Of a stretch of 46,114 nt of DNA, positions 1-10,681 are shown one piece after another. The position numbers and the translations under genes are program-made. Each line of letters begins with the position of its first letter. The first letter of the stretch is position 1. The notes beneath the pieces are model-generated. The model was not told where the DNA came from. It saw nothing but the letters and a program-made list of their open reading frames with translations, and ran no database searches. This stretch comes from Cyanophora paradoxa CCMP329 (Eukaryota; Plantae; Glaucophyta), in contig QPMI01000302.1 in NCBI GenBank assembly GCA_004431415.1, positions 1 to 46,114 on the forward strand, given 5' to 3'.

Positions 1-12
1 CCGTACGCGGGG

Positions 13-2261
13 ATGCCGGTGACGTCGAACTCGCGGAGCGGGTCGGCCTCGTCGGCGACGTCGGCGCAGCGGCTCGCGCTGCTGAAGAAGAAGCACCCGC
101 AGCTCATCCGGCGCACGGACTCGGCGGGGGAGCGCCCCGGCGAGGACCCCGCCTTCGGCTACGCCCCGCAGGCCGAGTACGGCGCCGCCGGCCGCCGCGC
201 CGCCGCCGCCGCCGCCGCCGGCAACGGCTACGGCCAGCGCAGCGCGGGGCGCGGCTACCGCGAGGAGGAGGAGGAGGAGGAGGAGCGCGGGTACCGGCCC
301 GGGCGCCAGTTCCAGGAAGACCAGCCGGCGGTGGCGCGGCGGCCCGCCGCTCGCGCCCCGGCCTACGACTACGACGCTTACGACGCGCCCGACCCGCCGC
401 CCCGCCAGGCCCCGCTCGCCGCCCGCCGCCCGGCCAGCGGCCCTACGACGACGAGCCGCCGGCCGCCGCGGCGCGCCGCCCCGCCGCCGGCGCCTCGCGG
501 TTCGACGAGGACCAGCCGGCGGTGGCGCGGCGTGGTCCCTCGGGCGGTTCGATGCGCCAGTTTGACGAGGACCAGCCGGCGGTGGCGCGGCGCGCCCCGG
601 GGCGCGCCCCGCCCACGAGGATGAGTACGACGAGCCGCCGGCGCGGCAGCAGCCGCCGCGCCGCCCGCCCTGGCGCGGCGCCGCCGACGACGAGGAGGAG
701 CCTCCGCCGCCGCCGCCGCGCAAGGCGGCCGCGGGGCGCGCCCCCGCCCGGCCGCAGTGGAATGACGACGTGAGCGCGGGGGCGCCCCAGGACGACGACG
801 GGTACGGCTACAAGCCGACCGCCCGCGCCCCCGTCCGCAAGCCCCCGGCCCCGGCCGCCCGTGCCCCGGCGCGGCCCCAGTGGAACGACGACACTGCGTC
901 CGGCGGCTTCGACGACCCGCCGCCGCCCCCGGCCCGGCGCGCCCAGGCCCCGCCCAGCGCGCCGCCCCGGCCCGCGCCGCGCCCCGGCCCAGCGCGGGGG
1001 CTACCGCGCGAACGAATACGAGGAGGAGGAACAGGAGCCGCCGCGGCGGCAGCCGCCGCGGGGCGCCCCGCGGGGGCAAGCCAGCAGCGCTCCGCGCCGC
1101 CGCCGGCGGCGGCGGCGCGTTCCTCTCCGGACGACGACCGGCCGGCCGTGGCGCGCAACGCGGGCGGCGGCGAGGGCGGCATCACGGTCCGCGCCGCTCC
1201 TCACGGCTTGCCGCCCGACCCGCCCCCGCCGACGCCCCTGCAGGGCTTCTTCAAGAACCTCTTCGGCGGGGGCCGCCCCAGCTCGCCCTCCGCCGCCGCC
1301 GCCGTGGGTGCGCCGCCCGGGGCCTCCGCAGGCGCGGCGCCTGACGGGACGGGCAGGCTGCCTCCGGAGGCCTTCGAGGCGGCGACGGGCCCGCTCGTCC
1401 CCTGCCCGGACTGCGGCCGCAGCTTCGCAGAGGAGGCGCGCCCCGGCCGCCCGCGCCCCGCGCCCCGCCCCGCCCCGGCGTGACGTCGAGCAGGCGCTGG
1501 AGAAGCACAGCCGCGTGTGCCAGAAGGTCTTCCAGCAGAAGCGCAAGGCCTTCGACTCCACCAAGGCCCGCGTCGCCGGCACCGAGGCCGCCAAGTTCGT
1601 CGAGAAGGCGCGCCCGCCCCGCCCCGCCCCGCGCCCCCTCCCGCCCCGCGCGCCTTCCCCGCCGGGCTGACGGGGCGGGGCAGGCGAAGGCGCGGGAGCG
1701 GGAAGGGGCGCGGCCGGCGGGCGGCGGGCGGAAGGGGGCGAGCCTGGACGACCGGCCGGTGCAGGTGAGCAAGAAGGCCAAGTGGAAGGCCGACCACGAG
1801 GCCTTCCAGGCCGCCATCCGCGCCGCCCGCCAGTACAAGGAGGCCAAGGCCAAGGGCATCGACGTGCGCCGCCCGCGCGGCCCCGCTCGCCGGCTGCCGC
1901 GAGGCCGGGTCTCCTCTGAGCGGGGCGGGGGCAGGTGCGGGACATCCCGATGGCCCCCTCCGCCCCCGACGACCGCCAGCTCTGCAAGAACTGCGGCCGC
2001 AAGGCCCGCCCGGCCCGGCCCGCCCCGCCCCGCCCGCGCTGAGGGCGCCCGCAGTTCGGGGACAATGCGTTCGAGCGCCACGTGCAGCACTGCAAGAACA
2101 TCATCAGGCGAGTGCCCCTGTCCCCTGCCCGCCCGCCGTCCCAGCTGAGCCGCCGAGCGGCGCGCAGCAAGCCGAAGATGCTGGTGCGGGGCGGCGGGAC
2201 CTCTGTCGCCGCCGGCAACTCCAAGGGATTCATCCCCGGGGGCCCCCCGGGGCGTAGGTAG
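13..2261 (+). CDS. Zinc finger C2HC domain protein (ZC2HC1/FAM164-like), multi-exon
   Basis: Spliced product has LVPCPDCGRSFAEE|ALEKHSRVCQKVFQQKRKAFDSTKAR, KWKADHEAFQAAIRAAR and CKNCGRK|FGDNAFERHVQHCKNII, i.e. two C2HC fingers. Introns: 1187-1243 GT-AG, 1436-1493 GC-AG, 1608-1683 GC-AG, 1864-1934 GT-AG, 2004-2054 GC-AG, 2108-2167 GC-AG. The 5' low-complexity half has apparent indels; start uncertain. Confidence 0.85.
310..592 (+). repeat. Three coding copies of F(Q/D)EDQPAVARR (~32-bp near-identical units)
   Basis: gaccagccggcggtggcgcggcg recurs in units starting at 310, 501 and 561; related DDRPAVAR near 1130. Confidence 0.8.
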
Positions 2262-2391
2262 AGGCGGCCGCAGCGGCGAGCAGCAGGCAGCAGAGGCAGG
2301 AATGGCGTCCAGCTCAGAACACGAACCGCACACGCTCGCCTAGCCATGCACGTGGCCGTCTAGGGTGGGGCGCCGCTGGAGCCTCACGGGG

Positions 2392-3458
2392 TCACCTCCG
2401 CCCGCCCGACTGGTCGGTGCTGAGGCACTGCGCATGCGGGCAGAGGTCGGGTGCGGGACTGGCGTCGCCACGCAGGCTCCGCAGCCTCCCGGCCTGGACC
2501 ACGCACCCTGCCCCAGCAGTTCGCTTGCTTCGTCTTCGCCAGCAGCTCCGTCTTGAAGCCCTGGCGCTTGGCCTCGGCCAGCAGCCGCCGGTACGTGCCC
2601 TCTTCCATGTCAGGCCTCCGCGACAGCACGTACAGCTGCGCGTGCGAGCCAACCGGCGGGGCGAGCTGCGGTCAGCGGCCGCTTCGGGGGCGCCAGGAGA
2701 AGGCGCACCTGGTTCCGCTTCGGCTCGCCTGAAGCCAGAAGGGGCGCGCGCGTCGCGCGCGAAACCTCAGAGGGCAGCAGGCCCGAGCGCGCGTGTGCGC
2801 GGGACGCACCGATGAGGGCGTACGAAGATGTGTCGCAGGAGATGACCTGGAACGGCGCCCGGACGAGGCCAGCGAACGCCGACAGGACCAGCTTCCCCGG
2901 CGTCGCCGGGTTTGGGACCCGCCCCGACAGCTCCGCCTTCGAGGAAGTCAAATCAAAAGGCTAAGCAACTCGAGCTCAGTCACGTCCGCGCCTTGATGAG
3001 TTTCCCGTCAATGTTGTTCTTCCTGCACTCGTTACGTACGAGCAGCGTCCCGTCCTGCCTGAGCGTATAGTCGGCGCGCGCTGCAAGAGGAAGTGAGCCG
3101 CAGACAGACTGCAGCGCGGATCCCTGGATCCGGACGCACTACAGACGCAGCCGCGCTCGAAGAAGCGTCCGGGGTTCAACGGCGCGACGTTGTAGTGACT
3201 AATCTACGAGCGCGCATATAAGTGAGAGCGCCGCGGGCGCGCCTCCGCCAGCCGGCACCGCGGGCGCGGCGCTGGCGCTGGCCGCGGCGACGAGAGACAC
3301 TCGCCGGGCGCGGCGACGGCGACGAGACCTCTAGAGCAATGCGCAGAGGATACCTCGAACCATTCACCCTGGAAGCGCCGGAGGTCGAGCTTCGGGACGG
3401 TGTCGAGCTCGTTGGACGGCGCGGACTTCGACGAAGGGTAGCGGCCGCGCCGGATCAT
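2392..3458 (-). CDS. Lipocalin (Blc/ApoD/TIL-like), multi-exon
   Basis: TVPKLDLRRFQGEWFE|ISH (GxW motif), FFERGCVC|TRADYTLRQDGTLLVRNEC, PATPGKLVLS, YALIG|EPKRNQ|LYVLSRRPDMEEGTYRRLLAEAKRQGF. Includes a 20-nt microexon at 2709-2728. The last exon is tentative. Confidence 0.85.
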
Positions 3459-3588
3459 CGACCTTTTTGAAGGCCGAGCAAATTACAGCTGGAGACGTAC
3501 GTACAGCAAACTGAGCGATCGGCGAATGCAGCTCGAAACTTGTACCCTAGGTGGGGGGATACAGGCACGCCCAACGGCAAGTGCCAGC

Positions 3589-6500
3589 ATGGGCCTCCGC
3601 GACGTGTGCCTTGGCGGTGGCCCGGAGCTGAAGAGGCCGCGTACTGCGCCGGGAGCACTCTTGCGGCCCCCAACCGCGGCGGCGGCTAAAGACGATGCGA
3701 CGCCCCTGTCCAACATCGTGGTCGCCGTCCGGTTAGCCAGCAACCGCGCATGTGCTCTAAAGAGGCTGGGGACTAGCTCTGATCGTCCCTCCGCCGCAGC
3801 GTGCGCCCTAAGAACGCTCGGGAGGCGGAGAAGGACGACCCGCCCGTGGTGAAGGCCATGGACGAGCACGTCGTTGTCTTCGACCCCAACATCGCTGGAG
3901 TATGCTGACTTTGCAGAGATTACGGGTCCAGGGACTCGGAGGGCCTGACGCCGCATTCCCGTTGCGCAGGACGCGCCAGCCGCCAGCCGGAGGGTCCCAG
4001 GCTCACGGCGCAGCAAGGAGATCCAGTATGCGTTTGATCGGGTGTTTGGAGAGGACACCACGCAGCGCGAGGTGTACGAGGGGACGGCGAAGGGGCTCGT
4101 TGACTACGTGCTCGACGGTTACAACGCGACCGTGTTTGCCTACGGCGCCACGGGTCCGCCGCCCATCTCGCCCGGCTTCCGGTGCTTTGGGGATGCTGAG
4201 ATGCGAGGGGCGCGGCGCAGGCTCGGGGAAAACGTTCACGATGATCGGGAACGAGCAGTTCGGGCAGGGGGTGATGGTCTCGACGCTCTCGGACCTGTTC
4301 CAGAAAATCGAGGAGCGCAAGCTGGACGACGAGTACAACGTCCGCATTGCGTATCTGGAGGCGAGCTCCACGCCGCGCGCCTCGGCGGCCGCCGGCGGGC
4401 CCTGACGGGGGCGGGGCGGGGCAGATCTACAACGAGCAGATCCGGGACCTGCTGGACCCGCAGGGGGCGCTGAAGCACCCGCTGGAGCTGCGGGAGGACC
4501 AGAAGGGCGACACCGTCGTCAGCGGCCTCCACTACCACACCCTCAACTCGGCCGAGAAGGTCTTCGAGATGCTCGAGCAGGGCAACGCGCGCCGCTCGCA
4601 GTCCCCCACCGAGGCCAACCAGAACTCCTCCCGCTCCCACGCCGTCCTCCAGGCCCGCCCCGCTTCATCTTTCGCCCGCGCCTCCTGCCCCCCCGCGAGC
4701 GCCGCCGCAGATCCTCGTCGAGAAGCGCGCCCGCGGGGCCATCCAGCAGGAGGGCGCGCCCGCCGCTTCCTCCGCCCTCGCCCCTTCTCGCGTGCCGCTG
4801 AGGCCGCGCCGCCGCGCAGTGAAGCTCGGGAAGCTCTCGATGATCGACCTCGCCGGCTCCGAGCGCGCCGCTGTCACCGCCGTGCGCCGCCTCGAGCCCT
4901 CCGAAGCTTTCCCCGCCCGCGCGGCGCCGACGGCGGGGCGGGGCTCAGAACCGGGGCAAGTTGTTGCGGGAGGGTGCCAACATTAACCAATCGCTCCTCG
5001 CCCTCGGCAACTGCATCAACGCCCTCTGCTGCAACAAGAAGGCGCGCGGCGCCTCTCTTCTTCCGCCCCCACGCGGCGTCGAGCCGCCTCGCGCAGGGCA
5101 CGTTCGTCCCGTACCGCAACTCGAAGCTCACGCGATTCCTGCGGGTGCGTCGCCCCGCGCTCGCCGGCGCCGCGCGGGGGCCGAGGTGGGGGGCGCAGGA
5201 CTCGCTGGGGGGCAACTGCAAGACGGTGATGATTGCGGCGGTGAGCCCGTCGCAGCTCTCGTACGAGGACACGCACAACACCCTCAAGTACGCCAACCGC
5301 GCCAAGGACATCAAGACAAAGGCCCGCCCCCGCGCCCCCGCCCCCGGCGCCGCGCTCGGGGCGACGGGGTGCGGCGGGGGCGCAGGTCGTGGCGAACGTG
5401 ATCAGCGTGCAGGCGCACATCACGGAGTACCGACGGAAGATGGCGGACCTGCAGTCGCAGAACGAGGAGCTGCGGAAGAAGCTGAAGGCGATGGAGAAGA
5501 ACGAGACGGAGGCGGTGGAGCGGGAGCACTTCTCGCTCGCGCAGGCGGAGGTCGACCGCTACCTCAAGGCCTACCGCGACATCGCCGAGAAGACCCTCGC
5601 CGAGGACGCCGAGCGCCTCCAGGTGGGGGCCCCCGCACGCCCCCCGCACGCCCCCCGCGCGCCCCGCCCCCGCCTCACCCCGCCCGCCCCCGCGCAGCTC
5701 GACTTCGACGGCCACACGCAGGAGGCGGCCGTCTCGAAGCTGCGGGAGGGCCTCTCGGAGCCCGGGGCCGACGCCGCGCTCCTCGGCGAGCGCATCCACA
5801 TGGCGGAGCTGGCGATCCAGCAGCGGCGGCAGGCGATGCACCAGAAGGACACCGTGCTGCGGAGCCTGCGGACGCGCCTGGAGGAGGCGGCCTCGAACCT
5901 CCAGAAGCTCGTCGCCGAGTACACGACCTCGACCTTCACCCGCGAGCGCCGCGCCTACTTCGAGCGCGTGCGCGACCAGTTCGAGGGCGAGATCCGCCTG
6001 CAGGCCGCCCGCCGCGAGGCGCGCCGCAGCGAGGAGACGTACAAGTACGTGCGCGAGCACGCCAAGGCCCTCGCCGCCGCCACCAAGACCTTCCTCCACG
6101 GTCCGCCCCCTCGCCCTGCCCCGCCGCCGCCCCCCCGCCCGACGCCGAGCGCGCAGCCGGCGTCTCGATCTCGTCGCTGCAGCGGCTCGTCGACGAGTAC
6201 AACCGCTTCGCCATCCTCAACGCCATCCCCCCGCACAAGCAGCCCGTCCCCCTCCGCGAGCTCGGCACCGTCTTCCCCGCCGGCACCGCGGCCGCCCCTG
6301 CCCCCGCCCCCGCCCCGGCACCGCAGCCGGTCTCCTCCCCGCCGCCCACGGCGCGCAAGTCGCGCGGGGGCGAGCTGCTCGCAATCTCCGTGGAGGACGT
6401 CACGCCCTCGCGCCGGAGCCGCGCGCACCGCGAGCGCGAGAGCGCAGCGCCCGAGGCCCCGACGCCCTCCCCGCCGCCCCTGCGACGCGGCCGCCTCCCC

Positions 6501-7356
6501 GCGGCGGCCTCCCCGGCGCCGACGGCGGAGACGCCGCCCTCGCCGGCGGCCTCGCTGGCGATGCCCCGACGCCGACGCTGCAGGGGCCGGCCGCCGAGTC
6601 GGCGCGCCCGCCGCTGCGCGCCATCGTCCGCCTCAACAACTTCGTCGCCGAGGGCCTCCCGCCCGCCCCGAGAGGGACGCCGCCCGCCCCGCCCACGCCC
6701 CCGCCGCGCGCCAGCGCGACCCGCGCGAGGCCTACAAGCCCCGCGAGCGCGACCCCGTGCGCCCCGCCCCGCCGCCGTGCGCCGCCGGCCACCCCTGACG
6801 AGGACCGCAGACCCCGCCGACGAGAACTCGCGGGCGCTGGCGGCCGCGGTGAACGGCGGCGGCCTGCGCCGCATCCGCTCGTTCGCGACGGAGAAGGCGG
6901 GGGCGGGGGCGGCACCGGCCCCGCCACGGCCGGCGCCCTCGCCCTCGCGCAGCTCGACCTCGCCGAGTCCCCGCCGCGCCCCGCAGGCGCCCCGAAGCGG
7001 ATGGGCGCCCGCCGCCCGGCGCACCCCTCCCGCCTGGGTGCCGGCCCGGGCGCCCGGAGCCGTGCCGCCGGCCTCGCGCCGGCGACGGCGCGGAAGGAGG
7101 CCGTGCCGCCGGCGCGGCCAGCGACGGGCGACGCCGCGGCGGCCGGCGGGGCGCGGCGGCCGCCACTGAGCGCGAACAACATGCAGCTCGTCCTTGCCGG
7201 CCCGCCCGTCTTCGGGCCGGCATCCGCCCGGGGCCCTCGCCGCCGGCCGGCCTCATCGGCGGCGGCGCGAAGCGCGTCGCCCCGCCCGCCGCCTCCCGCA
7301 CACTCGCCGTGGGCGCCGAGCGGCACCCGGTCGCCCCGCGCCTCGCCGCCAAGTAA
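3589..7356 (+). CDS. Kinesin-8 family motor (KIF18/KIF19-like), multi-exon
   Basis: [40 protein letters not shown] (P-loop), [72 protein letters not shown]...[18 protein letters not shown], then coiled coil. Twelve introns mapped between 3732 and 6156. The Pro/Ser-rich tail beyond ~6500 has frame ambiguities, so the end is approximate. Confidence 0.93.
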
Positions 7357-8191
7357 GCGGCAAGGCCTCACCTGCCCGCCGTGGCCCGTGCCCCGTGCGG
7401 CTGCACGTGTACAGCACGACCGTCATCGATATCCTTCGCGGACTTCGTTTATGTAGCATCTATCTATCGCGCAATTTTGCTCTGAGGTTTAGATTGTAGG
7501 CGCGCCGCTGAAAATGAGGGACGTTTTCGGCAATCGAACTTGACCTCTCGTGAAATTCACACAAGCCTTCGCGATCGAATTCGCATGCCATGATGGGCTG
7601 CGGCACTGAGTCAACTTGCCAAGTTGCCACTGGCCATGCCAAGCCTTGAAGTGTTGAGCTTGAAGCCCAGTGAAGCCTTTAAGTTCCAACGGTTGTCACA
7701 GTGTCGCACCGTGGCACTGCGGCACTGCGGCACGCGGCCGTGTTCCGAAGTTCAAGATAGAGCAATGATGGCGATGTTAATTGCAACTTGGCAACTTTTG
7801 GCAAGTCAAAATGATTGAGACACACTGACACAATGATTGGCAAGTCGGACAAATTAAAGCAGAGCCTGAGAGCGAACAAGAGGACAAATCTACTGTGAGA
7901 AGACGTATGCGTCGGCCAAGCGACTAGGGGATCTAAGCTCAAGAAGCCTTGAAGACCACATTGAATTCGACGAGTTTACGTGCCTACGGTTAGGAATTGA
8001 ACTCGGCTTCGAATTCGGGACGCATACGTATACATCCGTTTACTTACAGATTGACTCAGCTGAAGGACCTCCGATTCCTACATTACCTAGAAGTGACTAA
8101 ACAGGTCGCGGAAGAAACGGCGCGAAATGCATGGAAATGGAGGGGCGAGTTGAAGCGGGGCGCTCGGAGGCGGCGGGGGCGGGGCGGCGGT

Positions 8192-10623
8192 TCAAGGGGC
8201 GGGGGCGCGGCGGGGGCGGGGGGCGGGCCAGGCGATGCTGGCCTCCTTCTGCTTGCCGAGGAGGTCGACGGCGATGTAGAGGTTGTTCGCCAGGAACCTG
8301 CCGCCGGGGGCCTGAGCCGCACGCCAGGGGCGCGGGGCGGGGCGGGGCGGACATGAGGGAGAAGAAGAAGACGGTGGCGTGGTTCCTGGCGCGGCGGAAC
8401 TCGAGCTGGTAGGCCGCGAGGAGCCAGAGGCCGAGGAAGGCGAGCCAGACGAAGACCTTGCCCGCCCCCTGCCCGCCCCGCCCCCGTCAAGCCCCGCTCG
8501 CCCCACGCCGGCGGGGGGCGGGGCGCCGGCTCGCCTGCCAGCGCAGGCGCTCGGCGTTGCCGGCGAGGGCGAGGGGCAGCAGCGCCAGGTACCACACGAA
8601 GTACTGCACCGTCACGACCTGCGGCGGGGGCGGGGTGAGGGGCGGGGCGGGGCGGGGCGGGGGGGGGGCGGCGGGGGGCGGGCCTTGTTGAGGGCGACGA
8701 AGAAGAAGGTCTGGTAGAAGAAGGCGGCGGGGAGGTCGCGGTGCAGCGCCACCCCGAGGCTCACCACCGCGAACGCCTGCCCCCCCGTCAGCCGGCGGGC
8801 GCGGCGGGGCGGGGCGGGGCGGGGCGCCTGCGGGAGGAAGGCGAGGAGGCCGGCGAGGGGCAGCGGCTTCATCGCCCCCGTCTCCACCGCCCGCACGTAG
8901 TACCTGCGCAGGCGGGGCCCGTCGCCCCCCCGAGGCGCACCCGCGCAGGCCGGCGCCCGGGCGGTACCAGAAGGGCGAGAAGTTGTGGTGCGAGTCGGCG
9001 CGGCCGAAGTGGTAGAGGTACGCCGCGTCGATCGCCTCCTGTCCGTACCTGCCCCGCGCCGGCGCGCGCGCGTTGGGGAGGGGCGAGTGGGGGGGAGGGG
9101 GGCAGGCGCACGCGAGGTAGGCGGCGAGGGTCGGGGCGGCGGCGGCGGCGAGGAGGGCGGCGAGGAAGGCGGCGCGGCGGGCGGTGATCTGCGTCGCCAG
9201 GAAGCGCACGTCGAGCGCCGCCGCGAAGTCGACCGGCAGCAGCGGGCCCGACGCCGCCGCCGCCGACTCCCTCGCAGGCTCGCTCGTCGTGGCGGACGCC
9301 CCCGCGGGGCTGGCGAGGCGGCGGGGCCTCGGCGGCGGCGGCGGCGCGGGAGGCGGAGGCGCGGCGGCCGCGGGACGGAGAGGGCGAGGCGGCCGCCTTC
9401 TTGGCAGCGGCGCGGGCCGGCGACGCGCGGGCTGGCGAGGCGCGGGCCGGCGAGGCGCGGGTCGAGGCGCGCCGGGCCGGCGACGGCGAGGCGGCCGCGG
9501 CCCCGGCGGCGGCAGTCGCTGCGGGTCGTCGTCAAAACGCTGCGAGAGCAGAGAGAGAGAGGAAGGGTGGGGATGGGGGACGGGGCGCACAGTCGCGCTT
9601 CGAGGGGCGGCCACGGCGGCGCGGGGCGGGGCTCGCATCGGGCTCGGCGGCACTCTGGGGGGCGACGACGGCCTCCTCAGACTCCGAGGCCATCTTGTCG
9701 GCGTTATTGTGGTCGACAAAGAGGAGCGCCGGCAGCACGTAGATCACGGGGTACAGCTTCAGGTGGATCGAGAGGCCCAGGCTGCGGCGGGGTGGGCGGG
9801 GCGGGGCGGGGCGGGGGCGGCGGGCGCACGCGACGGCGGCGGCGATGGCGCGGCCCTTGACGAGGAAGAGGACGGCGAAGACGACGAGGAAGGTGACGAG
9901 AGAGTCGGCGTTGCCGCGCGTGCTCACCGCGATGACCACCGGGTTGAAGAGCCACCAGAGCCAGACGAGGTTGATCTTCTCCGGCTCCTGCGGGACAGGA
10001 GTCGGCCGACTGGATCCTCGGGGGCGGGCGGCGGCGGGCGGACCGTGTTGCCCGAGGCGCGGTCGCGGAGGACGCGCTTGCCAGCGGCGGCGGAGCGGAG
10101 GCGGCCGAGCTTCGAAAGGACGAAGTTGTACGCGCCATTCAGGAACCCGGTGAGGCTCTTCTCGTATGAAGCCTCCACCGAGCGGCCGCGGGCGCGGAAG
10201 ATCGCGTGCAGGACGCAGGCCACTCCGACGTCGATGGCGCAGAAAATGACCTTGCCGGCCCAGCTCTTCCACCAGACGCTCGGAAGCATTACGAGGGCAC
10301 TGGGATTGATCAGCCAAGGGCTGAATGGGGCCGGGAGGCCGGCAGGGAGGCGGCGCACAAGAAAGGCGAGTAGCGGTACTCCTTCTCCTTGTACGGCGAG
10401 CCTCCTGCAGCCACATGCTGAGCTGCACGAGTAAACACCTTGTAATCGACGTCGGTGTAGCCCGGCTCGTTCTTCGGCACTGCGCGGGAAACTCAGGTTC
10501 CGGAGTTGATCGCCGTTTCAAATTCGGCGCACGCTTCTGGTCCGCGTACTCCGAGACGGCGATTAGGGCGAGCCGGACGAGCAGGCCCAGCGTAAGGGCG
10601 ACGTTCGCGTTCAGGGGCTTCAT
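8192..10623 (-). CDS. PIGM: GPI mannosyltransferase 1 (PIG-M/GPI14), multi-exon
   Basis: YTDVDYKVF (DxD motif), GGSPY..YRYSP, WLFNPVVIAVSTRGNADS, GLSIHLKLYPVIY, AYLYHFGRADSHHNFSPFWY, QTFFFVALNKVVTVQYFVWYLALLPL, AYQLEF. Confidence 0.93.
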
Positions 10624-10681
10624 GGCACCGAAAGCCCGCCTTGGAGGTCCCCTGTACCCCCCCGACACGAACTTCGAAAAG

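Noticed and set aside
340-1360. Frame changes in the ZC2HC1-like 5' region, including an apparent 49-nt intron at 1308-1356 that breaks frame
   Set aside because: Programmed frameshifting or a GG donor is possible, but indel errors in GC homopolymer tracts are more parsimonious; raw reads are needed.
1436-6156. Introns as Introner-type mobile elements
   Set aside because: The introns share composition (cccgccccg / ggggcgggg) but no alignable family sequence, terminal inverted repeats or target-site duplications that I can see.
6540-7356. Frame jumps in the kinesin tail
   Set aside because: Low-complexity GC tracts with likely assembly indels; the motor domain is intact, so I did not call it a pseudogene.
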